NCBI RefSeq assembly: GCF_014252415.1
Contig: NZ_CP059223.1
Location: 180,001 to 212,000, forward strand
DNA length: 32,000 bases
Direction: 5' to 3'
DNA from: Candidatus Saccharimonadota bacterium
GTDB taxonomy: Bacteria; Bacteroidota; Bacteroidia; Flavobacteriales; Blattabacteriaceae
In this document: positions 8,556 through 18,049 of the stretch, piece by piece
Layout of the letters: each line of letters begins with the position of its first letter
Numbering within the stretch: the stretch's first letter is position 1
The notes under the pieces: generated by a model
The model's database searches: none
What the model saw: only the letters and a program-made list of their open reading frames with translations
Told to the model about the DNA's origin: nothing
Translations under genes and position numbers: made by a program

Positions 8556-9533
8556 ATGAAAGAAAAAACTTTTAGAGAGGCTATATCCGATGCTATGAGC
8601 GAAGAAATGAGAAGAGATGAATCAATATATCTTATGGGTGAAGAAGTTGCTCAATATAATGGAGCTTATAAGGCATCAAAAGGAATGTTAAATGAATTTG
8701 GATCAAAAAGAATAATTGATACTCCTATTTCAGAATTGGGATTTTCTGGTATAGGAATTGGTTCAGCTATGAATGGATGTAGACCTATTATAGAATTTAT
8801 GACATTTAATTTTTCTTTAATAGCTATGGATCAAATTATTAATAATGCTGCTAAAATATATTATATGAGTGGAGGACAATGGAATATTCCTATAGTTTTT
8901 AGGGGCCCAACTGGATCTGCTGGTCAATTAGGAGCCACACATTCTCAATCTTTTGAAAGTTGGTTTGCTAGTTGTCCTGGTCTAAAAGTAGTAATACCAT
9001 GTAACCCTTATGATGCAAAGGGATTACTAAAATCATCTATAAGGGATAATAATCCTGTAATTTTTATGGAATCCGAACAAATGTATGGAGACAAAATGAT
9101 GATACCAAAAAAAGAATATTTATTACCCATTGGAAAAGCAAGTATAAAAAAAAAGGGTAAGGATGTGAGTTTAGTATCTTTTGGAAAGATAATGAAAATA
9201 GCAATGAATGTAGCAGAAAAATTAAATAATGATAACATTAGTGTAGAAGTTATAGACATTCAAACTATACGTCCATTAGATTATAATTCTATAATTTTTT
9301 CTGTAAAAAAAACTAATCGTTTGGTGATATTAGAAGAATCATGGCCATTTTCATCTATTGCATCTGAAATATCATTTTTTGTACAAAAAATGGCATTTGA
9401 TTATTTAGATGCACCTATTAATAGGGTAACTTTATTAGACACGCCAGCTCCTTATGCATCTAATTTAGTAGAAAATTGGTTTCCAAATGAAAAAAAAGTA
9501 ATTGAATCTATAAAAGAAACTCTTTATATTTAA
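8556..9533 (+). CDS. pdhB: Pyruvate dehydrogenase E1 component, beta subunit
   Basis: 325 aa, FREAISDAMSEEMRRDESIYLMGEEVAQYNGAYKASKGMLNEFGSKRIIDTPISELGFSGIGIGSAMNGCRPIIEFMTFNF. Strong E1-beta similarity across the full length. Confidence 0.9.
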   Translation: MKEKTFREAISDAMSEEMRRDESIYLMGEEVAQYNGAYKASKGMLNEFGSKRIIDTPISELGFSGIGIGSAMNGCRPIIEFMTFNFSLIAMDQIINNAAKIYYMSGGQWNIPIVFRGPTGSAGQLGATHSQSFESWFASCPGLKVVIPCNPYDAKGLLKSSIRDNNPVIFMESEQMYGDKMMIPKKEYLLPIGKASIKKKGKDVSLVSFGKIMKIAMNVAEKLNNDNISVEVIDIQTIRPLDYNSIIFSVKKTNRLVILEESWPFSSIASEISFFVQKMAFDYLDAPINRVTLLDTPAPYASNLVENWFPNEKKVIESIKETLYI

Positions 9534-9542
9534 TATTTTAAA

Positions 9543-10505
9543 TTAAAAAATAGATTGAACTATTTTATAAATGATTTCAGGTTTATTCATTGTATAATAA
9601 TGAATAATTTTAACTCCATAATTTTTCAATTCTTTGGATTGATGAATTGCCCATTCTATTCCTATATGAAATATATCTTTTTTATCTTCAGTTTTTTCGA
9701 TTTCTTTTACTAATTCGTTAGGTATACTTAAGTAAAATTTAGAAGGTAAACTATTAAGTTGTTTTTTAGAAGAAATTGGTTTTATTCCAGGAATAATTGG
9801 TACTGAAATTCCTTCCATTCTACATCTTTCTACAAAAGAAAAATATTTTTTATTATCAAAAAACATTTGAGTTATAATATAATCTGCTCCTGATTCTACT
9901 TTTTTTTTTAAAAAAAATAAATCACTTTCTATATTAGGAGATTCTAAATGTTTTTCAGGATAACCTGCAACACCAATACAAAAATCAAATATTTGAAAAT
10001 TTCTTTTTTGTAGAAAATTTTTATTAACAGTTTTACCTAAATTTAGATTTTTAACTTGTTTAACCAAATCAGAGGCATGTTTATATCCATTTATATTTGA
10101 GAAAGATTTTTCTTCATATTTTAATGGATCTCCTCTGAGTAATAATACATTATTGATACCTAAAAAATTTAAATCTATTAAAATATTTTCTATCATTTGT
10201 TTATTGAACTCTCCACATATTATATGCGGTACTGCATCAATTTTATATTTATTCATAATAGCTGCACATACACTGATTGTCCCTGGTCGTTTTGATATTT
10301 TTTTTCTTTTTAATAATCCATTTTTTTTTTCTATATAAATAAATTCTTCACGATGATAAGTAACATCAATAAAAGGTGGATTAAATTCCATTAGCGGGTC
10401 TAAACTTGAGAAAATATCTTTAATATTTTTTCCTCTTAAAGGAGGTAAAATTTCAAAAGAAAATAAACTATTTTTTGTTTTGTATATATGGTCTGTAACT
10501 TTCAT
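9543..10505 (-). CDS. metF: 5,10-methylenetetrahydrofolate reductase
   Basis: 320 aa, SFEILPPLRGKNI...IDVTYH...CAAIMNKYKIDAVPHIIC...LLLRGDP...ADYIITQMFFD, which are MetF family motifs. Confidence 0.9.
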   Translation of the reverse strand: MKVTDHIYKTKNSLFSFEILPPLRGKNIKDIFSSLDPLMEFNPPFIDVTYHREEFIYIEKKNGLLKRKKISKRPGTISVCAAIMNKYKIDAVPHIICGEFNKQMIENILIDLNFLGINNVLLLRGDPLKYEEKSFSNINGYKHASDLVKQVKNLNLGKTVNKNFLQKRNFQIFDFCIGVAGYPEKHLESPNIESDLFFLKKKVESGADYIITQMFFDNKKYFSFVERCRMEGISVPIIPGIKPISSKKQLNSLPSKFYLSIPNELVKEIEKTEDKKDIFHIGIEWAIHQSKELKNYGVKIIHYYTMNKPEIIYKIVQSIF

Positions 10506-10514
10506 AAGTTATAA

Positions 10515-11786
10515 TTATTTGATATAATGAAATCCTGTATAAGGGATTAATACTTTTGGTATATTAATTTTATGATCTGTTTGATTATTTTCTAAAATGG
10601 AAATTAATATTCTAGGTAAAGCCAATGAACTTCCATTTAAAGTATGACAATATTCAATTTCTCCTGTAAATTTTTTTTTATATTTAATATTTAATCTTCT
10701 TGATTGAAAATCATTACAATTTGATATAGAACTAACTTCCAACCATTTTTTTTGAGCAATAGAATAAACTTCAAAATCATAGGTAATAGATGACGAATAA
10801 GCTAAATCTGATGCTTTTAATTGAATAATACGAAAGGGTAATTCTAATGATTTTAAAATTTGTTTTACATGTGTAATCATTTCATGTAATGAATGATCTG
10901 AATTTTCAGGAACAGAAATTTGAATAATTTCAACTTTTTCAAATTGATGAAGTCTATTTAATCCTCTAGTTTTAGAACCGTAAGATCCAGCCTCTCTTCT
11001 AAAACAAGAGGTATAGGTAGTAGCTTTTATAGGAAGATCTGTATCTTTAAAAACTTTATTTCTATAACAATTCATAAGAGGTATTTCTCCAGTTGGAATA
11101 AGATGAAAATTATCTTTTTCTATAAAATACATTTGATTATTTTTATCTGGTAGTTGTCCTGTAGAAAATCCAGATATATTATTAATTAAATATGGTAAAC
11201 TATATTCTGTATAAAAATTGCTAGTATTTTTATCTAAAAAATACTGTATTAAACTTCTATGTAGTTTTGCACACTTATCTATATATACTGCAAATCCAGA
11301 CTTACATATTTTTGAACCTAAATTTAAATCAAATAATCTAAATTTTTTAGATAATTCCCAGTGAGGAAGAGGATTCTTTATATAAGAAGATGTTTTTCCA
11401 TGTTGAAAAATTATATAATTTTTATCATAATTTTCTATAACACTATCATTTGGTATATTGGGAATACAAATTAATTTTTCATTTATGGAGACAGTAATAT
11501 TTTTTAATTTTTTTTTAAAATATTTTCTTTTCTTTTTTAAAAGAATAGAATTGTTTATTAAATATTTTATTTGAGATAAATCTTTATTATTTTTTATAAA
11601 ATTAGATATTTTTCTAGATAAAATATTTTCATTTTCTAATATTTTATTTAAAGAAATTTGAATTTCTCTTTTTTCATTATCTAACATTAATATTTCATCT
11701 ATTAAATATAATTTTTTGAATCTTCTTTTTCTTAATCCTAATAATACCTTTTCTTTATTTTTACGTAAAAAATAAGTTTTTAACAT
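10515..11786 (-). CDS. serS: Serine--tRNA ligase
   Basis: 423 aa with an N-terminal coiled-coil arm and class II motifs (FRREAGSYGSKTRGLNRLHQFEKVE; TLNGSSLALPRILISILENNQ). Confidence 0.97.
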   Translation of the reverse strand: MLKTYFLRKNKEKVLLGLRKRRFKKLYLIDEILMLDNEKREIQISLNKILENENILSRKISNFIKNNKDLSQIKYLINNSILLKKKRKYFKKKLKNITVSINEKLICIPNIPNDSVIENYDKNYIIFQHGKTSSYIKNPLPHWELSKKFRLFDLNLGSKICKSGFAVYIDKCAKLHRSLIQYFLDKNTSNFYTEYSLPYLINNISGFSTGQLPDKNNQMYFIEKDNFHLIPTGEIPLMNCYRNKVFKDTDLPIKATTYTSCFRREAGSYGSKTRGLNRLHQFEKVEIIQISVPENSDHSLHEMITHVKQILKSLELPFRIIQLKASDLAYSSSITYDFEVYSIAQKKWLEVSSISNCNDFQSRRLNIKYKKKFTGEIEYCHTLNGSSLALPRILISILENNQTDHKINIPKVLIPYTGFHYIK

Positions 11787-11891
11787 ACTTTGTATAATTA
11801 TTATAATTTTTTATGATTAAAATGAATTATCGAATTATAATTAAGATTTTAATAAAACATAATAAATAAAAAATTGCAAATTAAATATTTT

Positions 11892-11899
11892 TATATTTG
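11892..11899 (+). promoter_or_regulatory. Candidate -7 promoter box TATATTTG upstream of rsmA
   Basis: Exact TAnnTTTG match ending 4 nt before the preferred rsmA ATG at 11904, which would give a very short or absent leader. The same octamer occurs upstream of hisG and trpE. Confidence 0.3.
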
Positions 11900-11903
11900 T
11901 ATA

Positions 11904-12695
11904 ATGTATAAATCACATTTTAAAAAGATTAAGTTTGATCAATATTTTTTAAAAAATAATAATATAGCTAGAAAAATTGTAGATAACCTTTCACTTAATA
12001 ATTATAATATTGTTGTAGAAATAGGTCCAGGATTAGGAATTTTAACAAAAAATTTATTAAAACTAAAAAAAAAAAAACTAATTAAAAATTTTTTCTTAAT
12101 AGAAATTGATAAAGAATTAATCACTTTTATAAAAAAAATTTTTTTTATTTCTGATAAAAATATTATAAATAGAGATTTTTTAAAATGGAATCCAGAAGAA
12201 ATTTCGTTATATAATTTCGCAATTATTGGTAATTTTCCTTATTCTATATCTTCAAAAATACTTTTTCATATATTAAAATATCATCATTATATACCAGAAT
12301 GTATTGGTATGTTTCAAAAAGAATTTGTAGAACGAATTCTTTCTAAGAGTGGAAAAAAACATGGAATATTATCAATATTAGTACAGTCATTTTATGAAAT
12401 AAAATATCTTTTTACAGTAAAAAAAAATAATTTTCTACCTTTTTCTAGGGTAGAATCATCAGTAATTTTTTTAAAAAGAAAAAAAAACATAATTTCTTTT
12501 GAAGAAAAGAAATTATTTTTTAAATGTGTGAAAATTGCATTTAATCAAAGAAGAAAAAAACTAAAAAATTCTCTACAATCGATAAATATTTTAAATTTAT
12601 ATGAAATACCATTTTTAAATAAAAGAGCAGAAGAATTATCTATTAAAGAATTTATTCAATTAATAAAAGAAATAAAAATTTCAAATGTTAAATAA
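11904..12695 (+). CDS. rsmA: 16S rRNA (adenine1518/1519-N6)-dimethyltransferase
   Basis: The ORF track starts at a TTG at 11874. I prefer ATG 11904 (MYKSHFKKIKFDQYFLKNNNIARKIV...), which matches the usual KsgA N-terminus (GQxFL). SAM motif VEIGPGLGILT and IGNFPYSISS are present. Confidence 0.9.
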   Translation: MYKSHFKKIKFDQYFLKNNNIARKIVDNLSLNNYNIVVEIGPGLGILTKNLLKLKKKKLIKNFFLIEIDKELITFIKKIFFISDKNIINRDFLKWNPEEISLYNFAIIGNFPYSISSKILFHILKYHHYIPECIGMFQKEFVERILSKSGKKHGILSILVQSFYEIKYLFTVKKNNFLPFSRVESSVIFLKRKKNIISFEEKKLFFKCVKIAFNQRRKKLKNSLQSINILNLYEIPFLNKRAEELSIKEFIQLIKEIKISNVK

Positions 12696-13551
12696 ATTAT
12701 TGGATGGTAATCAATTAGCTGTTAAAATAAAAAATGAAATTAATAGAGAAATAAAAAATAAAATATTAAATAAAAATAAAAAAATTCCTCATTTAGGAAT
12801 TATTTTAACAGGTAATAATAAATCTAGCATTTTATACGTAAGAAATAAGATTAAAGAATGTAAAAATATAGGTATTCAATCCACATTAATTCAACTCCAA
12901 AAAAATATAAAAGAAGATATTTTATTAGATAAAATCAAATTTATGAATGAAAATCCAACGATAGACGGATTTATTGTTCAATTACCTCTTGAAAAACATA
13001 TTAATCAAAATAAAATTATTTTATCTATTAATCCAAAAAAAGATGTAGATGGATTTCATCCTGAAAATATTGGAAAGATGATTCTAGGAATCGATTGTTT
13101 TTATCCTGCAACTGCATTAGGAATTATTACTTTATTAGAAAAAAATAATATAAAAATACATGGAAAATATACTGTAGTAATTGGAAGAAGTTTAATCGTG
13201 GGTAGACCCGTTAGTATTTTAATGAGTAGAAACCATACTATTGGTAATAGTACAGTTACTCTTGTTCATAGTAAAACTCCTAATATAGAATTTTATACAA
13301 AAAAAGCTGATATCATCATAGTTTCTGTTGGAATACCAAAATTTCTTACAGGAAAAATGATAAAAAAAGGAGCTGTCGTTATAGATGTAGGGATTCATAA
13401 TATTCTTAATAAAATAATTGGAGACGTAGATTTTAAAAGTGTATACAAAAAAGTTTCTTATATTACTCCAGTTCCAGGGGGGGTGGGCCCTATAACAATA
13501 GCAATGCTATTACAAAATACATTAAAAGCTGCATTAAACAATATAAAATGA
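12685..13551 (+). CDS. folD: Bifunctional methylenetetrahydrofolate dehydrogenase (NADP+) / methenyltetrahydrofolate cyclohydrolase
   Basis: 288 aa, YVRNKIKECKNIGI...IDGFIVQLPL...KDVDGFHP...VVIGRSLIVGRPVSILM...TPVPGGVGPITIAMLLQNT. Overlaps the rsmA end by 11 nt. Confidence 0.95.
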   Translation: MLNKLLDGNQLAVKIKNEINREIKNKILNKNKKIPHLGIILTGNNKSSILYVRNKIKECKNIGIQSTLIQLQKNIKEDILLDKIKFMNENPTIDGFIVQLPLEKHINQNKIILSINPKKDVDGFHPENIGKMILGIDCFYPATALGIITLLEKNNIKIHGKYTVVIGRSLIVGRPVSILMSRNHTIGNSTVTLVHSKTPNIEFYTKKADIIIVSVGIPKFLTGKMIKKGAVVIDVGIHNILNKIIGDVDFKSVYKKVSYITPVPGGVGPITIAMLLQNTLKAALNNIK

Positions 13552-14153
13552 ATGAGATTAAATTTCCAATACAAGAATGTTTTTATTCTATTCAAGGAGA
13601 AGGTTATTTTTTTGGAACTCCATCATATTTTATTCGTTTTAAAGGTTGTCATATCAGATGTAATTGGTGTGATACTAAACAAAGTTGGAACATACATAAT
13701 GACGATTTTATTTCAATAAAAAAAATAATATCTAATATCAATATTAATTCAAAAATAATAATTTTAACAGGAGGAGAACCTATGATGTGGAATTTATTTC
13801 CTTTAATAAAAATTTTAAAAAAACAAGGATACCGTATTCATATTGAAACATCTGGATTTTATCCAATAAATAATATATATATAGATTGGATAACTATTTC
13901 TCCTAAAAAAAATAAAGTACCTTTAAAAAAAAATTATGAAAAAATTAATGAATTAAAAATTATTATTTCAAATGAAACAGATTTTTTATTTGCAGAAGAA
14001 CAAGCGTCGTATATAAAAAAAAAATGTGTACTATTTTTACAACCTGAATGGAATAATAAAAAAAAAATTACTCCTAAAATTATTCATTATATTAAAAATA
14101 ATCCAAAATGGAGAATATCATTACAGATTCATAAAATATTAAATATTAATTAG
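13548..14153 (+). CDS. queE: 7-carboxy-7-deazaguanine synthase (radical SAM, queuosine pathway)
   Basis: 201 aa, ECFYSIQGEGYFFGTPSYFIRFKGCHIRCNWCDTKQSW (CxxxCxxC radical-SAM cluster motif in the QueE context), then TGGEP. ATGA overlap with folD. Confidence 0.85.
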   Translation: MNEIKFPIQECFYSIQGEGYFFGTPSYFIRFKGCHIRCNWCDTKQSWNIHNDDFISIKKIISNININSKIIILTGGEPMMWNLFPLIKILKKQGYRIHIETSGFYPINNIYIDWITISPKKNKVPLKKNYEKINELKIIISNETDFLFAEEQASYIKKKCVLFLQPEWNNKKKITPKIIHYIKNNPKWRISLQIHKILNIN

Positions 14154-14768
14154 ATGTCTTTTTTCTAAAATATCTATTACATTTTTTATAGTAAAATTTT
14201 TTTTTCTTAATAAAATAAGATAATGAAATAATAAATCTGCAGCTTCATTTAAAAAATTATTATCATTATTATCTTTAGATTCAATAATTAATTCTATTGA
14301 TTCTTCTCCAAATTTTTGTATAATTCTATTCATACCTTTTTTATATAATTTTTTTACATATGAATCATTTTTTTCATTTTTACAAAAAATTCGATTTAAA
14401 ATTATTTCCTCTAAAAGGAATAGAAAATTCCTCTTATTTATTTCTTTCCAACAAGTATCCGTTTTTTTATGACAAACAGGTCCATTAGGCTTTACTTTTA
14501 TTAATAAAGTATCTCCATCACAATCAATTAGTATATCTTTAATAAAAAGAAAATTATTACTTGTTTCTCCTTTAGTCCATAATCTGTTTTTAGATCGACT
14601 ATAAAATGTTACTTTCTTATCAAGAATACTTTTTTTATATGATTCTTTATTCATAAATCCTAACATTAAAACTAAATTAGATTTATAATCTTGTATAATA
14701 GTTGGTACTATATCATTTTTAAAATTAATTTTTTGATAAATGGATTGAAATTTTTTTTTCATATTCAT
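14139..14768 (-). CDS. hisIE: Bifunctional phosphoribosyl-AMP cyclohydrolase / phosphoribosyl-ATP diphosphatase
   Basis: 209 aa. HisI part: VPTIIQDYKSNLVLMLGFMNKESYKKS...FYSRSKNRLWTKGETSNNFLFIKDILIDCDGDTLLIKVKPNGPVCHKKTDTCW. HisE part: QKFGEESIELIIE...EAADLLFHYLILL. Last gene of the his operon. Confidence 0.92.
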   Translation of the reverse strand: MNMKKKFQSIYQKINFKNDIVPTIIQDYKSNLVLMLGFMNKESYKKSILDKKVTFYSRSKNRLWTKGETSNNFLFIKDILIDCDGDTLLIKVKPNGPVCHKKTDTCWKEINKRNFLFLLEEIILNRIFCKNEKNDSYVKKLYKKGMNRIIQKFGEESIELIIESKDNNDNNFLNEAADLLFHYLILLRKKNFTIKNVIDILEKRHLINI

Positions 14769-14774
14769 GATATT

Positions 14775-15533
14775 TTATGTTATTCTAACAGGAATATTTT
14801 TATTTTTTAAATATATTTTTAAATCATGTATTTTTATTTCATTATAATGAAATATACTAGCAGCTAATGCTGCATCTGCTTTTCCATTTTTAAAAACTTT
14901 ATAAAAATCATTTAAAGAACCCGCACCCCCAGATGCAATCACTGGTATATTAATTTTTTCAGATATGTTTTTTGTAATATCAAGAGCAAATCCATTTTTT
15001 GTACCATCATGATTCATAGAGGTTAATAATATTTCACCAGCGCCTCTATTATATCCTTCATATGCCCAATCTATAGTATTGATATTTGTAGATATTCTTC
15101 CTCCATTTAAATAAACTGTCCATTTACCATTGTTGTACTTAGTATCAATAGCTAGGACTATACATTGACTACCAAATCTTTTAGACAAATCATCTAAGAT
15201 ATTTGGATTTTTAAATGCTGCAGTATTTATAGATATTTTATCTGCTCCACATTTTAATAACATTTCTACGTCTTTTTCTTCTTTAATCCCACCTCCAACA
15301 GTAAATGGAATATTAATATAATATGACATTTTTTTTACCAATTTTAGTAAAATTTTTTTATCTTCATTCGTAGCTGTTATATCTAAAAAAATTAATTCAT
15401 CGGCTCCTTGTTCTGTATACCAACGAACCAATTTTATTGGATCTCCAGCGTCTTTCAATTGTTTAAAATTTACCCCTTTTACTGTTCTTCCATTTTTAAT
15501 GTCCAAACATGGTATAATTCGTTTAGTTAACAT
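14775..15533 (-). CDS. hisF: Imidazole glycerol phosphate synthase, cyclase subunit
   Basis: 252 aa, [22 protein letters not shown]...[13 protein letters not shown]...PFTVGGGI...[10 protein letters not shown]...IASGGAG. Confidence 0.96.
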   Translation of the reverse strand: MLTKRIIPCLDIKNGRTVKGVNFKQLKDAGDPIKLVRWYTEQGADELIFLDITATNEDKKILLKLVKKMSYYINIPFTVGGGIKEEKDVEMLLKCGADKISINTAAFKNPNILDDLSKRFGSQCIVLAIDTKYNNGKWTVYLNGGRISTNINTIDWAYEGYNRGAGEILLTSMNHDGTKNGFALDITKNISEKINIPVIASGGAGSLNDFYKVFKNGKADAALAASIFHYNEIKIHDLKIYLKNKNIPVRIT

Positions 15534-15538
15534 GAATA

Positions 15539-16267
15539 TTATTTATTAAATAATTTTTTTATATCTTTAAGTAGTATTTTTCTTTCATAAAATGCCTTTC
15601 CAACAATTACTCCATGACACCCCATTTTTATTAAATTTTTAACATCTTTTATATTACTTACTCCACCACTAGCAATTAAATTTAATTTGGGATATTTTTT
15701 TATAATTTTTTTATATAAATAAAATGAAGGTCCAGACAAAGATCCATCTTTTTGGATGTCTGTACAAAAAATATTTTTTATATTATAAGAATATATTTTA
15801 TCTATAAAATCAAAAATATGAATATTATATATTTTTTTCCATCCTTGAATAGCAATTTTGTTATTAATTATATCTATGCCTAATAATATTTTATCTTCAT
15901 AAGTTTTAATCCATTCTTTTAATAAAAGAGGATTATTTATTGCGATACTTCCCACAGTAGCTATAGATGCACCATTATCAAATACAGCTTTTATATCATC
16001 ATTTTTATTTATTCCACCCCCAAAATCTATAATTAAATCTGTATTTTTTGCAATTTTATTTAAAATATTCCAATGTACAATTTTTCCTGTTCTTGCTCCA
16101 TCTAAATCTACTAAATGTAACCTAGATATTCCATTATCTTTTAAAATTAGAGAAACTTCTAGTGGATCATTACTATAAATTTTTTTTTTAAAAAAATTAC
16201 CTTGTGTTAAACGAACACATTTATTATCTATTAAATCTATAGCAATAATAATATTATTATAATTCAT
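15539..16267 (-). CDS. hisA: 1-(5-phosphoribosyl)-5-[(5-phosphoribosylamino)methylideneamino]imidazole-4-carboxamide isomerase
   Basis: 242 aa, [20 protein letters not shown]...[13 protein letters not shown]...DFGGGI...[13 protein letters not shown]...LIASGGVS. Confidence 0.95.
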   Translation of the reverse strand: MNYNNIIIAIDLIDNKCVRLTQGNFFKKKIYSNDPLEVSLILKDNGISRLHLVDLDGARTGKIVHWNILNKIAKNTDLIIDFGGGINKNDDIKAVFDNGASIATVGSIAINNPLLLKEWIKTYEDKILLGIDIINNKIAIQGWKKIYNIHIFDFIDKIYSYNIKNIFCTDIQKDGSLSGPSFYLYKKIIKKYPKLNLIASGGVSNIKDVKNLIKMGCHGVIVGKAFYERKILLKDIKKLFNK

Positions 16268-16288
16268 ATTATCATATAATTTTATTTA

Positions 16289-16873
16289 TCATAATTTGAT
16301 AAAATTTTCTAATATTTTATGTCCTATAAAAGATGATTTTTCAGGATGAAATTGAACAGCATAAAAATTTTTTTTATGGATTGCTGAACTATAATTAATT
16401 ATATATTCTGTTTCTGCTATAGTATATGATACTAATGGAACATAATATCCATGTATAAAATATTGATAACTATTATCAGGTATATTGTGAAATATATTAC
16501 TTTTTAAATGAGAAATTGTATTCCAACCAATTTGAGGAATTTTTTTATATTTAGACTTAAATTTTTTAACTGGAACATCAAAAACCCCCATACATTCAGT
16601 ATTACTTTCTTCTGAGTATTTACATAATAATTGCATACCTAAGCATATTCCTAGAACAGGTTGTTTTAATTTAGGTATAATAGCATCTATTTTTTTTTTT
16701 TTTAAAAATTTCATTGCAAAATTAGCATCTCCAACTCCTGGTAAAATTATCTTTTCTGCATTTTGAATAGATTCTATAGAATTAGTTAATACTGCTTCTA
16801 CTCCAATTCTTTCTAAAGAAAAAATAACCGATTGTAGATTACCTGATGGGTATTTTATGATAATTATTTTCAT
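16289..16873 (-). CDS. hisH: Imidazole glycerol phosphate synthase, glutamine amidotransferase subunit
   Basis: 194 aa, GNLQSV...ILPGVGDANFAM...PVLGICLGMQLL (catalytic Cys)...AVQFHPEKS. Confidence 0.95.
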   Translation of the reverse strand: MKIIIIKYPSGNLQSVIFSLERIGVEAVLTNSIESIQNAEKIILPGVGDANFAMKFLKKKKIDAIIPKLKQPVLGICLGMQLLCKYSEESNTECMGVFDVPVKKFKSKYKKIPQIGWNTISHLKSNIFHNIPDNSYQYFIHGYYVPLVSYTIAETEYIINYSSAIHKKNFYAVQFHPEKSSFIGHKILENFIKL

Positions 16874-16884
16874 AAATATTATTA

Positions 16885-18045
16885 TTATAATAATCCTTTT
16901 GAACTAAATACTTTATTAGTATAATTTTTTTTAACAGCCATTTTAATTGCTCTGGCAAAACATTTAAAAATAGATTCTATCTTATGATGTTCATTTATTC
17001 CGATTGAATGAATATATATATTACACTTAGCAGAAGAAGAAAAAGATTTAAAAAAATGATAAAACATTTCTGTAGGAACGTCTCCTATTTTTTCTCTATG
17101 AAATTTAACTTTCCATGATAATTGTTCTCTACCTCCTAAGTCTATAACAACTTGAGATAAACAATCGTCCATAGGAATAATATAAAATCCATAACGTTCT
17201 ATTCCTTTTTTACATAAAAGTTTGTTAAAAATATTTCCAAAAGTTATTCCACAATCTTCTATAGTATGATGTTCATCTATATGATTATCTCCTATAATTT
17301 TAATGTTAATATCCATAAGACTATGAACAGATATTTGTTCAAGTAAATGATTAAAAAAACCTATTCCTGTATTTATATGATATTGTCCGTTACCATAGAT
17401 ATCAAGTGATATTTCAACATTAGTTTCTGATGTAATACGTTTGTATATTAATTTATTTCTTATTTTATATAAATATTGATATATTTTTTCCCAATTGTTA
17501 GTTTTTAACTTAATTATTTTTTCTAAAATTTTCTTATCTGAATTAGAATAATAAAATTTTTCTTCTTCTGTAAAATTTTTATAATGGTCATTATTTTCTT
17601 TTATCCATATAGATTTACATCCTATATTTTTTGCAAGTAAAACATCCGTAAGTCTATCTCCTATTACAAAAGAATCATTTATATTATATTTATTATTATA
17701 TAAATATTTAGACAACATTCCTATGTTAGGTTTTCTATTATTAGATTTTTCATTTTGAAAACTTTTATCTATATGAATGGATTTAAAAATAATTTCTTCT
17801 GATTTCAAAATACCTAATATATGATTATGTATTACCCAAAATTTATCTTCTGGAAATTTATTAGTACCTAATCCATCTTGATTAGAAACCATAACCAATT
17901 CATAATCTAATTTTTTTAAAATTTTTGATAAAGATGATATAACTTTTTTATGAAAGTGAATCTTTTCAATAGAATCAATCTGATAATCTTTATTATTTTC
18001 TTTTATAATAGTCCCGTCCCTATCTAAAAATAATATTTTTTTCAT
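16885..18045 (-). CDS. hisB: Bifunctional histidinol-phosphatase / imidazoleglycerol-phosphate dehydratase
   Basis: 386 aa. N-terminal HAD phosphatase (ILFLDRDGTII...VSNQDG...GDRLTD). C-terminal IGPD (HLLEQISVHSLMDINIKIIGDNHIDEHHTIEDCGITFG...NEHHKIESIFKCFARA). Confidence 0.95.
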   Translation of the reverse strand: MKKILFLDRDGTIIKENNKDYQIDSIEKIHFHKKVISSLSKILKKLDYELVMVSNQDGLGTNKFPEDKFWVIHNHILGILKSEEIIFKSIHIDKSFQNEKSNNRKPNIGMLSKYLYNNKYNINDSFVIGDRLTDVLLAKNIGCKSIWIKENNDHYKNFTEEEKFYYSNSDKKILEKIIKLKTNNWEKIYQYLYKIRNKLIYKRITSETNVEISLDIYGNGQYHINTGIGFFNHLLEQISVHSLMDINIKIIGDNHIDEHHTIEDCGITFGNIFNKLLCKKGIERYGFYIIPMDDCLSQVVIDLGGREQLSWKVKFHREKIGDVPTEMFYHFFKSFSSSAKCNIYIHSIGINEHHKIESIFKCFARAIKMAVKKNYTNKVFSSKGLL

Positions 18046-18049
18046 TTTT

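Noticed and set aside
9008-9259. 83-aa minus-strand ORF inside pdhB
   Set aside because: Antisense shadow ORF of a strongly supported gene.
10153-10338. 61-aa plus-strand ORF inside metF
   Set aside because: Antisense shadow ORF with a low-complexity translation.
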